From: Macrostomum hystrix
Taxonomy: Eukaryota > Animalia > Platyhelminthes
DNA length: 64,000 nt
NCBI GenBank assembly: GCA_950097015.1
Contig: CATNEN010000001.1
Coordinates: 18,600,001 to 18,664,000 of the forward strand
Direction: 5' to 3'
Every line of letters starts with the position of its first letter. Position 1 is the stretch's first letter. The notes under the pieces are model-generated. The model did not search any database. It had not been told where the DNA came from and saw nothing but the letters and a program-made list of their open reading frames with translations. The translations under genes and the position numbers were made by a program. This document shows, piece after piece, positions 47,667-61,381 of this stretch.

Positions 47667-49765
47667 ATGCGCTGGCGAAAGGCATCGGCTTGGAACATTT
47701 TTGTTTCCAGGCGCTATAAGCTTATGTCAGGATCATTTGCTGGTTGGTATTTGCTTAAATTTGTTTCAACTTTTTATGCAGTTATTTTGTAGACCGTTCT
47801 TGTGCACTGGCGCCCAAACTCAATTGCTCATGCTCTGTGTAAAGTATGAAGTCCGCTCGAGAGTAGTTTAGTGTGGTGCGAAGAATCGTAAGGCCCCAGC
47901 TGGCCAAGCTTGCGACTTTTTATTTTAGCAAACCGTGGGGTGGTGCAACTATCGATTGGCATATCGATGTTCATATCGCGTGCATTGGCCCAACCAATTA
48001 TCTGCCTGCGATATGTACATCGATATGCCAATCGATAGTTGCACCACCCCACGGTTTGCTCAAATAAAAAGTCGCAAGCTTGGCCAGCTGGGGCCTTACG
48101 ATTCTTCGCACCACACTAAACTACTCTCGAGCGGACTTCATACTTTACACTCTGCAAACGTGCATCGCTGTTTATATATTAAGTATTGAAATACCAATAG
48201 TGTACGCTCGTACAAAATGCACCCTGTGCCTAGACAAAATTTTAGGTAATCGGCAAATGTAAATTTCGAAGCACCTGGAGGCCTTTACATTTCGCTCACA
48301 TTTAAACACTTCCATTAAAAAAACAATTTTAGTTCGAATTCAAGCGCTCCGAAAGGCTTTCCGCGCCTTGAGCAAGACACAGCTAGCTGATCTACGTAGG
48401 GAAGTTGCTTTAAGGAATCTGCAGTGTACTGCCGAGAAAAGTTCCGCGCGAATTAAAGCATATGCCGAAAAATTAGTACGCAGCAGGCAAAATTTTGTCG
48501 GGTATTAGCTCTATACCTGTCACCTTAATCTCTGCCAAAGAGGTTATTTTTTCGTTTTTTTGTTGCAGATGCAAACTTGTGAGACTGCTAATGTTTCTGT
48601 GGCTATTTGCCTTGGCCTGCCGAGCGGTGACTTTCACGTCTTCGAAACGACGAATGTTTTTGGAAGCGTAAAAAAATCCGGCCTGCACAATGTAAGCAAC
48701 AGGGTTAGCTCGGATCTTGATTATATTTTTGTTAAAACTTTATTATCACAAAATTCAAATTCACTGCAATTTAATTCTGTCTATTGCACTCGTAGCTAAT
48801 GTCTGAGGAGAGCAGCCACACTAGAAAACAGTCCGTCGCTGATCTCCGTCGGAAAGTTGGAAAGTTTTTGGTGCAAAAATTCTGTGAGTATATTTCTGTT
48901 AAGTAAACGGACCTTTTGACCAAATTAACGAACTTGTTTAAATATTTGGCAATCTTGTAGGCTTGCAATTCAATGAAGTAGATCCTTTAAGCGTCGTCTG
49001 GCATTCAATTTTTTTATTGCATTCAACGGTTTATTTTAGTTAGTTGCTCATGCTTACCGCTATTTTCGATTAAAGCGCTAGCTTCTCCAACTCCAAACTG
49101 TCCTGAAACAAATAGCCTTACATTAAGGATTAAGGATTAAGGATTATAATAACAATTGCTTCTGATACCACTGGCGTTTCTCTTCTAATCACCAATTTTT
49201 AGTTGCTGCTGGTGGCTCTGGACGGTTGCAGTATAAGAAGTACTGCAAGAATTGGCTTCACTGGCCAGCTGGGGTGCCAGCAGACCAACCACCAAAAATG
49301 CTTAAGGCGGAACATCTAAACACATTGTGGGCTAATAGAGATACCATTTGCTTCTCTATTAGCCCCATTGTCGAGGATTTATCGCGTATCTCAAACGGCC
49401 AGGTTGCTGCAGACCAGAGCATCGTCGGTCAGAGCATCGCTGACCAGAGCATCGTCGGTCAGAGCATCGCTGGCCAGAGCATCGCCGGTCAGAGCATCGC
49501 TAGCCAGAGCATCGCTGGTCAGAGCATCGTCGGTCAGAGCATCGCTGGCCAGAGCATCGCCGGTCAGAGCATCGCTGGCCAGAGCATCGCCGGTCAGAGC
49601 ATCGCTGGCCAGAGCATCGCCGGTCAGAGCATCGCTGACCAGAGCAGCGGCATTCGAATCATTCGAGTTATCAACGGGCAAGCCACCTGTGCCACCTCTG
49701 TGGCGAGTCAAATTGTTCGAGTCGTCGGAACCAACAATGCAGTCCGTGATCTGTTTCAGTTATGA
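47667..49765 (+). CDS. HMG-box-like protein, 330 aa (exons 47667-47742, 48333-48475, 48569-48691, 48796-48883, 49203-49765), second gene of the KDZ element
   Basis: Four GT-AG introns with matching phases (1, 0, 0, 1). N-terminus RKASAWNIFVSRRY...RIQALRKAFRALSKTQLADLRREVA resembles HMG-box helices; later HWPAGVP motif and (SIAGQ)n repeat. Confidence 0.68.
47838..48149. mobile_element. 312-bp MITE with ~140-bp TIRs, TGT...ACA ends and 5-bp TSD CTCTG
   Basis: Almost perfect hairpin; CTCTG at 47833-47837 and 48150-48154; lies in intron 1 of the HMG-like gene. Confidence 0.88.
49414..49646 (+). repeat. 15-bp coding tandem repeat (CAGAGCATCGCTGGC), about 15 units encoding QSIAG
   Basis: In frame within the last exon of the HMG-like gene. 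Confidence 0.9.
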
Positions 49766-52700
49766 CTTATGACTCATCAATTTTGCTCAAACCAAGCGGT
49801 AATCAGCCAGCCCGCTAAGACTGAGAGATGTCCACCAGGTGATTGTTGAAGCCTCGACGGCCAGTTCCGGCAAACTTAAAACGGAACATTATGTGCAATC
49901 TCGAATTAGCTATGATGGAAACTTATCACGGATAAAGCATATTGTATTAAATACAATCTCCAGCATACAAGCGCGCGAAAAAAATATTTTTTTCCTGTGT
50001 TGTGCATTTAACTGAATTAAAACATTTATTTTGCTCAAATTTGCATTTTTCTTTGATGATGCAGATTGCTATGTCTCAATTGCTTAAACGGCTGCTAAAA
50101 CCAGTGATACCGTTTATTTTACTTTTTATCATAAATGAAAGTTTCACAGCTTTTTTAATACAAAGTTACGAGCGTAATTCTGTTCGATTAAATATTTTTT
50201 TGCCAAAAAAATGACTTAAAAAGCAACAAAGTGCATACGTAGCCTCGCGCCACTTCATTAAATACAATAAGTATTGTACGCATGTTTTGCGATTCTAGCA
50301 CATTTGAAGGGTCGTAATTTTCAATATTACGAGCGTATTTATTACTTTGGTGCTTCATTTCGTCTCAAATGGCAAGGTGCATTCGGCCTGAACTTGCGAT
50401 TGTATCTACCTTGATTGGGATTGCGATTGAGTTTGCCTCGGAGTCGGGTAAACGACTGCAGAATGAAGCTGGCAATTTCAAGCAATGATGCAATGATGCT
50501 CATGGAAAGCCAGAGTTCATGGCAATGGCCTAATTGAAACTCGCGGCTACTGTGTCTATGGCTGCATGAGTGTTGTGTCGTTGCTGTTGGATGCTGAAAC
50601 TCATGGTCGCAAAAAAGGCGGCGTATCAAACGACTCGGCAACGACGCCTTAGCGTAATCTTCTGAGCTTCTTAAGATTTTAGGCGCGCCATTACAGAGAG
50701 CGCCGGATCCAAGATGGCTGACAGGTCAATGTCAGCGCCGCTGCCCTCTCTATTTCATTGGCCCTCGGGAGCGTGCTCAGCGCTGGATTTGACACGAAAC
50801 AGATGGATTAGTCTGCTGTCTGCTAACGGGGTGATATTTTTTACCCCTTCCTATGAAAGGTGTTTACGGACCCGGAGGGGTCTAATTGCTAGCTTAATTT
50901 ACTAAAGCCAAAATATGCAAAACAGGGGAGGGAAATAGGAGAGGGCGAGTCGAGTGAGAGGTGCGAATCGCAGGTCAGACGGGCGGTAGGCGCAGCCAGG
51001 AAAGGAGAGGCGATTCAGCGGGGAATTATAGGTGGCTTGACCCTGGGTCAGTTCGGGTCGAAAAAAGTAGACACTGACCCACGCCCAGACCACACGTACG
51101 CATCATGACAAAGAATCATTTGCGTACGCCCGCACGTGTGATGTGCCGGCTGACGAGACAGTGAAATTCAGTATTTAGTACATTCAGTATATATTCTCGA
51201 ACGACCGTGTCTGACAGGACACGTGCATTGTACTGAACTGCTCCTAATCGATCTACTCCACCTCTGATGTATGGTACCTGTTGGTGTGCCTGAGTGGCCA
51301 AGATCCCAGGGACCAGGGTTGTGAGAGGTAAGAACTGCTAGGCAGGGCTGCCACCAGCCACCTACAGGACACTACAATTGACTGGCCCTACCGAAACGCG
51401 GCTGTCGCTCTGTTCAGAGAAGTACTTTAGGTAGTATGGCCGAAGATAGTAGGGATTCTCAGGGAATAGATTGGTCAGCAAGAGAGGACTTTTGCATAGG
51501 GGATTCTTAGGGATGCAGCACTAGACATGCAGTGGGCACTACCCAAGGTAGAGTGTGTCCGATGGGAAACAGTCAGCGCACTTCTTATCCATTAATGGTG
51601 TGCTTCAATGCATGCGTTCTCGTGCATGTGCAGTCCCTAACTATTCCTATAATAGTATACGTTAGGATTACATTGGGCGCTTGGATGAAGGGTCTATGAC
51701 TTTGCTAGCAGGAAAATGCTAGCCGAATTTTGCTAGCAGGAATATTGGCTAGTGAGGTTTTTGCTAGCCAAACTTTGCTGGCAGAGATTTTGTTCGCGGA
51801 TTTTTACGTGATGATCACAGAATGCAGGCATGCGTAAGCGTATATTTGGCGCGAAACCTCTGAATAAGTCGTACATGCACAGTGAGCATGCAGTGGAACG
51901 TTTACATGTACTCCATATCATCTTAACAAAAACGTGTATTGCCTTGCGTTGTCTTTATGAACGTACACATTTACGTTTATCGTCAAATACGCAAAGAATT
52001 CAGACATTTCGGTTTTTTAGAGTTGCAGCCACTGTTGCCGTGTCACAGTGTACGCGCGATCGCGTGTCCAGTAATGTATCCATAAAGTAGTGTTTCTGCA
52101 CTTTGCACCCCTAGCTTCTCTCTCTGCGCATGTTAGCTTAATTGTCTCGTTACGATTGACTAAGCTAATGGAACTGACACTTTTTATGGTGTTGAACGAT
52201 CTTAAAATTCGAAATTTCATAATTAATTAGCCTGCATCCTAGCTCGGAAAATTTATGATTTTCCCACATAAGTTTGAACAGACTTGCAGGTATGGAGATG
52301 TCGAAATGACAGACAGAGTAATTAAAAAATTAGCACGATCAACTTCACTTGGAGACTAGCATAACGTTAGCTGCAGAGTTGGTATTTGTAATTGTAATTT
52401 CTATCAAGTGGACAATACGATTCAGATAGTAGTGGGAAAAAAAGAAAGTGGGACCCGCGGCTACTTGATGAGACTGTTGCCAAGCGATTAAAACCTTGTT
52501 TAAAAAAGAGCAGCTAATTGCTGGAAGCATGGCTTACAGGGTGACTGCGCTCTTAACATTTTTTCTTCCTCATTTATAAAAACATCCGATATTTCTTAAC
52601 TTTCCTCTGATTTTCCAGACCCGAATCTTTGTACTCGTATATTTCTTGATACATGGATTAGATCATGTATTGCAGATAAAGTTTTACGTTTCACTAGTTT

Positions 52701-53522
52701 CACTATACACGCAACTTGAGCAAGTGAATATTATTGTACTGAGTGGTTGATTTTAATCATTCCTAACTTTCATATTTTCTATATTTCATCGCACAAATAA
52801 ATAAACTCACTATAATCGTATAGTGAGTTATATGAGTTATATATATATATACTTGTTATATATTTTGTCCCTTTCTTAAGAACAGAAAATCAGCGACTCT
52901 TTTTGAGTGCGCTAATACTGCTGCTAATTAAAACCGTGTATTGGTATTAGTTGCTTCTTGCAGCAGGACAATTAATACCATGTACTTCGTGACGTTTGTC
53001 GTTAACATTTCAGAAACTTGCAGCTTTTAAATGATTGTCATAGACTGTCTCGAAGATTATACGAGATTATGCTGCTCGTACTGCGCAAATGCAAAATTAA
53101 AAAAGCGGTAGCCAGCTCTCCTCACTCGACATAGATACATGCATGCGTAGAAAGCACACAAGCGATTAGTTATCCTCTTTTGATAATAGAAGACATAATA
53201 CGGAAGACATTAAATCTCGGCTTGATGTTAATTTTAAATATTAATGTAAAACATTAAATAATTTCGCTTTCAGCGTATAAACTAGAATTTTTTCTTGGCA
53301 GCTCTGTTCAATAATTTTTATAATAGGTTAGCTTTTACAGGATGTTGAGTTTATTTAAAAATAAAATGTATTTATAATAACATAATGCCTTCAATCGAGT
53401 GGGAAAACAAAAAACTGGGTGTAGCAGAGTTTTAAAATGTTATACGTTCAAGACCGGGCTAAAGGATCAGAAGATTAACAAAGTTTTAAAAAATAATATC
53501 TGATTTCAGAATATCATGATTC

Positions 53523-56500
53523 TTAATCATCCTCGGCATCAGAGGTCTCGGTATCTTCTTCATCATCGGAAGACTCGGTAATCTCAGCTTCTTGGTCGAT
53601 CAGATCCACCTCATTGGGTGGCACTGCTCCAGCGTTACCTAAGTGTTAAGAATTCGCTATATATATTCTGTGATCTTAAAAGTAACCTAAATTATAAAAC
53701 CGAAACTATACCACAAAGCTTACAGGCCGCTGAGAGAAATCGAGAGAAGATATCTTCCGACGGGAAAATACTGATATGCTGTTTTAAAAGTTGTTCAATT
53801 CCATTGGCCCTGAGAACTCTTAAAGTCAGCAGGGGACGATGAGCATTGATCTCAACTTCTGATCTCGTGCGCAGGAGTGCATCAACAAAAAAGCGAGATG
53901 CCCGCCGAACCTCCTCTTGAACCAAAGAAGATTCCTCTTCGATTCTTCTTTGAAGCTGCAGCAACTTAACTGCTTGACGTTTCCTTGCGATATCCACCAT
54001 TGAAGTGTCACCATTATCAGTTGCCAGAATGCTGTTGAAATTCAAAGTACAGCCTGGCGGACAACTTGCGTTGTACCGTTCAAGAAGTACATTAGCCCTT
54101 GCAGATATTTTGCTGAGTCGTTTGTTAAGGACTCGATTGAACTTTTGACCACTTTCTCTAGCTGCCCGACAAATTAAAAATTCTCGCTCGCAAGCCAACT
54201 CTTGAAGTTCGAGAATCGTCTGGTCTGTGTGGTCCGTCCTGGCATTCTCCTTAACAGATTGCTCGATAAGTTCATTTTCCCAGACTTTGGCCAACGCTAG
54301 GAAGGTTTCAACGTCACCTAAAAATTAAATAACAGGGATTAATTTTGTCAGATTAATAACGTATTCTAATTAGTAAAGTGCGGTCAGAAAGCCCGAGGCT
54401 TTTAAGTCATATTTCAAGGTTGTGCTTTGATTAAATTGCGCCTTTGCTTTAATTATGAACTTCAATTACGCAAATTTATATCTAATTGGTTTTAAAATTT
54501 TTAATTATTACATAAAAACGTATACTAATAACCCACAGTTCATTTCGGTCAAAACGCAAAACTGTCGAACATCAGAATTGAAACGCTGCCAAGCTCGCTT
54601 CTCAACAAGCCGTCGTCCAAACAACCAGGAGCCTAAGTAATTTTAAAGTAAACATCTTGCTTCGGAAAATATAAAGTTCACTTCCTTGCAATAAAAAACT
54701 GTAAGTAAATGACTCACTAATAGTTCGAATTTTCTCGAAGTTGACCGAATCCGCCCAGTAGTTCAGGAACTCGCGGCGATTTGGATGAGTCATTTCTTTC
54801 AATTGCGGACCAAAGCGTCTAGCAGAAGACCATATGCGCTCACAGCTCTCACCGTCAGTCAAACCTGCGCCATTTACGGATCGAATTCCGAATTTCGTAT
54901 GGCAGCTTTCCTTGTGACCGTATGCATGGAAAGCCGGAATGGCGAAGGACAGCCTGTCATCATTGAAATGACTGGCCAGCTTGCAGCTGATGTCGTACGA
55001 CACGACCAATTTCTGATGGCTCGGAATGTCTGCCAACGCTTTCGATACCATTGCTTGGGAATACGCGAGCCTAAATTGAGGCAGGTTTTCAACTACATTG
55101 TAATTAGTTTTTAATGAGTTAAAATTAACTAAGTATTATTTTTAAGAAGGGGTTGTAGACTAGTGGTTAGAGCGTCGGACTCACGACTTGAAGGTCGGGG
55201 GTTCGATTCCCGACTCCACCGGTACAAGTTGTTTCCTTTAGCAAGCCATTTAATTCTGCCCTGCTTCAGTTCATCCAGCTGTAAAATCGGTACCAGCATT
55301 AGCTGGGGTAATTGAAGGTGGGTGTGGTGGTCCTTAATTCCGTGGACTAAACAGCCCTACGCAGCCTTCAGATGCGGCTGCGCTGTTAGCTGCACATCTG
55401 GCCCAGTTTGTGCAGGCATTATTAACTATGTATTCTTATTTTAATTAATACTAACATATTAATTATTATTTTTTCTGAAGAGAAAAAAACGAAAAGAAAG
55501 GAAGAAAAAGAAGAAATAAAAGATGAAATCAGAAAGGAGGACTGTACAAGATATTCGTGCATACCGGGCAAGATATTCGGATTATTAATTTTGAGTATAC
55601 AGTCGCCAGGCTACAAGTTTAGACCTTAAAATTATAGAGTTAGGCAGGGCGCAAAAGCTTAGTAATGATACATAACGAATGAGCTTAAATACGTTCGTAG
55701 CTGCAACATGTATAAAAGGTACACAGATTTCTCTGTGGCAAGGCGCACCTTTCTCCTGGTGTAACGATGTCGGCCAGATATGTTACGCTAGAATGGCGGC
55801 AGGAGCCACAGAAAAGGCCAAAAACATCGAGTTTGTTTTTGTCGGATGCAGTAACGAGCCCTTTGCCCCGACCACCGGCTGTCCAATTAGGGCAGTGATT
55901 TCGGTTTTGCCCAGCTGGTCTGCTGAAATCGACATCGACGAAAAAACCGGACGCAAGCGGAATCGCCGCTTTTCCAGCACGTTTTCGATGTCTTATGCCG
56001 AAGCAGCCGTCCAGCATAAGAAAAGTCGGTGTCGAGACTTGAGTTTCGGGCATCAGCGTGTTATCATCGGGATTGGGTCCTTGCGAGCTTTCACTTCGAG
56101 TGCTCGGAGTGGGATCCTAATCATTAAAGGAATCAAAATAACTTATTTACGCTTGAAAGCCGATGTACGAACACTTGCTTTGAGCTTAAGATGGCAGAAA
56201 TAGTTTCACGTCACTGACGAAATGCATTACCAACTTACAAAAAAACATGCTGGACACGATGTCTTCTGTCCCCACCGAATGTCTTGCAAAAGTCGCCGAA
56301 ATGCTCGAAAGCTTCCAGTGGTGTTCAATGTACGAAAAAGATTGATCTGCGCAATCGTTACAGCAAAAATGGAATAAAGACGGCTAATTTTTGTACAGAA
56401 GGAAGTTTCAGTTTTATTTACGATAGCTAGATCTGCTCGAGCCTTCAGTTACCTTCGTTGGCGGAGATAGCCAAGCGGAGCTTCTGCAATTTTTCCATGC

Positions 56501-58181
56501 AGCACAGAGTGATGATAACGATGCTGTACAACTTGATGATACGCAATCGAAGAACAGCAACAAGTTGATGTGGACAGCGATAACCTCCTTGACAGTTTCG
56601 GTCAGAGGTTGCGTCGGCCAGAAGCCATGCGACAGTAGCGTGTTCCGCAATGTTAAGCACGAGCAAGACTCCACTTGCAGGGTCAATTGACCTACAATGT
56701 TGGCAAGGGCATCAATATTTAGACAGAAGTCTTAAGAATAGCGTTAACAAATACTTAAAAATGGCCTAATTGTCTATCTGACATCAACTGTCACTTTACC
56801 TTCATCTGTTAATGCAGTCACAACTTGCGTGCTGATATCATCGCAGACACAAGTGGTTCTTCGAACCAAAAGTATTGGCGTCGAGACCACCATGTAAGTT
56901 GTACCCTGAAAAGAACATGAAGAAATCGAAATAAAGGATGGGTCGCATTATTAAGCTTGAAGTGCAAGTTTGATCTTAATTGCAATCTCGGCTCTGTAAA
57001 ATGCAATCCTTAAGTTTGACTTAGGGATACGCTAGCTTTATATAACGTGCCGAGAAATCAGTAACGTGACATTATGAAAACGCTAAATATAAAAAACAGC
57101 AAAACAGCACAGAACTTACATCCCATATCTTCACAACATGGGGTGGACTGTGTGAGTGAGCGATATTGAGACAGTGCTCACACACTTGTAGTAGGTGACA
57201 GCTCTCGCACCTAAACTCTCCAACCAAAGCTTTACAAAGCGAGCACAGGTTATTTACTTCATTTCGAAAAAACGAGGCAAATCCATCTGCCAGCTCTGTG
57301 GCTAGACTTTTCCAGCCGTCCTCCTCAAGCTCACGCCGAGTGTCATATCGACTTGGCCCACCATCGGCCTCTTCTGCAGGTGGCTCATAGTCATCATGAT
57401 CCACATTTTCATCGATGTAGTCACTGCCAACAGCCGCAACAGTGACGCCAGTAACAGTCAGAAAACTAAAATTGCGTCGAAGAAGCTTAATAAACAAAAA
57501 ACTTTACACATTGCAAAGGTTCTTGCTGAGAAAAAATCGCATGCAAAGATTTCAGATCAAGGCTGACAAGTTTCGTTTTTGTTCTGCAAAAGAAACAAGC
57601 CTTAAAACGCTATCCGATTTTTGGGCTATCTATACAGTACAAGCCTATACTGCATTTGCCAAGTTTACAGCAAATTAGCAAGACTAAAACTAAACTAAGC
57701 TATTAAAAATTACCACAAATTCCATATAAAAAGTTTTTATATGAATATCTGGGGAATCTCAAAAACTTCTAAGAATTCTTCTGGTTCAAAATCGTCGCCT
57801 TCCTCGATAGCACTAGGCGTGGGTGCATTTATTGACTTCATGTCAATATCGCTAAAATTGTGGAGGAATTAAATTACTTTATTCAATTGAATTCTAAACA
57901 ATACATTATTTTAGTCAAGAGTAGTAAGATGAGCACAACAGATAAATTCATTTAAAAATTACTCATTCGACTAAATCCTGTGTTTTGAAAAACTAAATAT
58001 TTGATAACGAAATAAAAGAGTTTACATCTCTTCGAGATGAAAAATGTAAAAACACGAAATTTCTAAGACTCAAAACAAACCTTTTTACTGCAGGATGTTC
58101 GATTTTTTCACGAACTTTTCTTCGCTTTAACGCATGAAATATGACTTCCTTACTGGTACTGACTAGATATTTTTTTGACAT
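53523..58181 (-). CDS. KDZ transposase with N-terminal Cys-cluster (CxC-like) domain, about 10 exons, apparently intact
   Basis: CSLC...CESC...CEHC...H...H; LLSHGFWPTQP; SCPAC; LDGCF; GLFCGSCRH; GER|LAY; YDISC; IPAFHAYGH..C; GAGLTDGESCERIWS; acidic tail ending at TAA 53523. The junctions checked keep frame; the 5' exon(s) are less certain. Confidence 0.9.
55149..55422 (+). mobile_element. Full-length tRNA-derived SINE (family B) in a KDZ transposase intron
   Basis: A box (TAGACTAGTGG), B box (GGTTCGATTCC), conserved body, ATT tail. Confidence 0.85.
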
Positions 58182-58354
58182 TGCAATTAATCTGAAAAGC
58201 AGTGTAAAGTGATGTAAATAAACGTTCAATTAGACAATCAATATTACTATCGAAATCATTTTATAGTATTTAATAATTAGTAAGTAATAGTAATTGGTAA
58301 TGTAAGGAACTAAATTACTCCTGCCTCCACATTCCCGTATCCCATATCCAGCCA

Positions 58355-61320
58355 GAAACAGCTAGCGCCACCAGCTAGCACTACCAGCTAGCCCTACCAG
58401 CTATCTCCTAACCGCTCTATTATCTAGCCCCGTCCTAGCAACCATCCAGCCCTACAAGCTAGCCCCTACCAGCCCTACAAGCTAGCCCATACCAGCCCTA
58501 CAAGCTCAACCAGCTAGCCCCTACTAACTAGCCCTACCAGCTATCACCTAACAGCTCTACTATCTAGCCCCTACCAGCTATCCCATACTAACTAGCCCTA
58601 CCAGCTATCCCCTACTAACTAGCCCTACCAGCTATCCCCTACTAACTAGCCCTACCAGCTATCCCCTACTAACTAGCCCCTGCCCCAACAAGCCCTACCA
58701 TCTAGCCCCAACCAGCCTGCCAGCTAGCCCCAACCCCAACCTGCCCTGCCAGCCCTACAAGCTAGCTCCAACCAACCCCACTAGCTTGCCTCTACCAGCC
58801 CCTATCAGCTAGCCCCTACTAGCTAGCCTTACCAGCTATCCCCTAACAGCTCTATTATCTTTTCTAGCCCCTACCAGCTAGCCTCAAACTCTATTATTTT
58901 TATTCTAGCCACTACCAGTTATCCCCTAACAGCTCTACTATCTAGCCCCTACTAGCTATCCCCTAACAGCTCTACTATCTAGCCCCTAGGCTACCAGTTA
59001 TCCCCTAACAGCTCTACCATCTAGCCCCTACCAGCCTGCCCCTACTAGCTAGCCCTACCAGCTATCCCCTAACTCTATTATCTAGGCCTATGCTAGCCAC
59101 TACCAGTTATCCCCTAACAGCTCTACCATCTAGCCCCTACTAGCTAGCCCTACCAACTATGCTATCCCCTAACTCTATTATCTAGGCCTATGCTAGCCAC
59201 TACCAGTTATCCCCTAACAGCTCTACTATCTAGCCCCTACTAGCTATCCCCTAACAGCTCTACTATCTAGCCCCTAGGCTACCAGTTATCCCCTAACAGC
59301 TCTACCATCTAGCCCCTACCAGCCTGCCCCTACTGGCTAGCTAGCCCTACCAGTTATCCCCTAACTCTATTATCTAGGCCTATGCTAGCTGCTACCAGCT
59401 ATCCCCTAACAGCTCTACCATCTAGCCCCTACTAGCTAGCCCTACCAACTATGCTATTCCCTAACTCTATTATCTAGGCCTATGCTAGCCACTACCAGTT
59501 ATCCCCTAACAGCTCTACCATCTAGCCCCTACCAGCCTGCCCCTACTAGCTAGCCTTACCAACTATGCTATCCCCTAACTCTATTATCTAGGCCTATGCT
59601 AGCCACTACCAGTTATCCCCTAACAGCTCTACTATCTAGCCCCTACTAGCTATCCCCTAACAGCTCTACTATCTAGCCCCTAGGCTACCAGTTATCCCCT
59701 AACAGCTCTACCATCTAGCCCCTACCAGCCTGCCCCTACTAGCTAGCCCTACCAGCTATCCCCTAACTCTATTATCTAGGCCTATGCTAGCTGCTACCAG
59801 CTATCCCCTAACAGCTCTACCATCTAGCCCCTACCAGCCTGCCCCTACTAGCTAGCCTTACCAACTATGCTATCCCCTAACTCTATTATCTAGGCCTATG
59901 CTAGCCACTACCAGTTATCCCCTAACAGATCTACTATCTAGCCCCTACTAGCTATCCCCTAACAGCTCTACTATCTAGCCCCTAGGCTACCAGTTATCCC
60001 CTAACAGCTCTACCATCTAGCCCCTACCAGCCTGCCCCTACTAGCTAGCCCTACCAGCTATCCCCTAACTCTATTATCTAGGCCTATGCTAGCTGCTACC
60101 AGCTATCCCCTAACAGCTCTACCATCTAGCCCCTACTAGCTATCCCTACCAACTATGCTATTCCCTAACTCTATTATCTAGGCCTATGCTAGCCACTACC
60201 AGTTATCCCCTAACAGCTCTACCATCTAGCCCCTACCAGCCTGCCCCTACTAGCTAGCCTTACCAACTATGCTATCCCCTAACTCTATTATCTAGGCCTA
60301 TGCTAGCCACTACCAGTTATCCCCTAACAGCTCTACTATCTAGCCCCTACTAGCTATCCCCTAACAGCTCTACCATCTAGCCCCTACCAGCCTGCCCCTA
60401 CTAGCTAGCCCTACCAGCTAGCCTACTACAAGCTCTACTATCTAGCCCCTGCCTATTTATTGCCTTAGACAGGCAGGCTATATTAGCTTATGAAATGGAC
60501 TGTATATATAGATTATAGAGCTATGGACATTTGATTTTATATTTAATAAATTATATGTAAAAGCCTTGGTTACTTATGCATATAGACATTGCAATGGCAT
60601 TGGAATAATTTATGGTTATTTATTTAAGCCTTTGACTATAGCTATAAGCCTAGTATGTGATAGTAAGCTAGCTGAATTATTCATTTACAAGTCAATACAT
60701 AGAAGTAATTATAAATTTAGGGGATCAGGTACATCAACAATTTAAATTGGGCCTAAATCCAAAAAGAAAGCTAATAGGCCTAGCTAATATTAGGCCTAAT
60801 ATTAATACTTGCCCATTTAAGACAGCTAGAAATACAATTTTAGTTCAAAAAATACTATACAGGCATGCAGCTAAACTAGTTCTAGCCTTTTTATTAACTA
60901 ACTGACAGTTTTGTTCAAGCCAATTATCGATTCTATTGTGCACCATTGGACCACTAAATAGATATCATAAAGGATTACAATAATGCAGTAGAGAGCTTCT
61001 CTTCTATCTTGAATTGTCAAGAGTCTTTTTGGCATTTAGAATAGATTCTCACATTTAAATACTGTACAAATTAAAATACTACTACTAAAAATACATTTAT
61101 ATATAGCTAATTGCTATATAACTACTTGCTATATAACTAATACTAAGCGTCTATTTCTGCAGTGTAGCGTAGATCCTCCCTATTAAATTGGACTATCGAG
61201 CCTAATTAAACTGAAAGAGCATGCTCTTAGAACACGGAGCATGCGCCGAGTAGCCTATGATGCGCTCCTCGTGCATGCTCCGAAATCGTTTCTTAGGCTG
61301 ACTACCGTGTCAACACGGGT
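58355..61320 (-). repeat. Right TIR with C-rich satellite
   Basis: Mirror image of the left arm. Confidence 0.92.
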
Positions 61321-61381
61321 GAAAATTTCTAGCTACTTAGTCACTCAAATTCTTATTTTGAAGCTATTATAAAAGCTTAAA

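Larger units (their letters stand above)
43242..61320 (-). mobile_element. 18-kb KDZ (Kyakuja/Dileera/Zisupton-group) DNA transposon with giant foldback TIRs
   Basis: Termini ACCCGTGTTGACACGG...CCGTGTCAACACGGGT, flanked by the direct repeat GAAAATTTC (43233-43241 and 61321-61329); encodes a KDZ transposase. Confidence 0.9.

Noticed and set aside
49800-53500. Possible third gene (e.g. TET/JBP) or solo LTR in the middle of the KDZ element
   Set aside because: No 2OG-Fe dioxygenase motifs, consistent exon chain or TSD-bounded TG...CA unit could be identified by eye.
1-61320. Large inverted repeats as assembly artefacts
   Set aside because: The arms differ by substitutions, indels and repeat number, and the KDZ pair is bounded by a target duplication.
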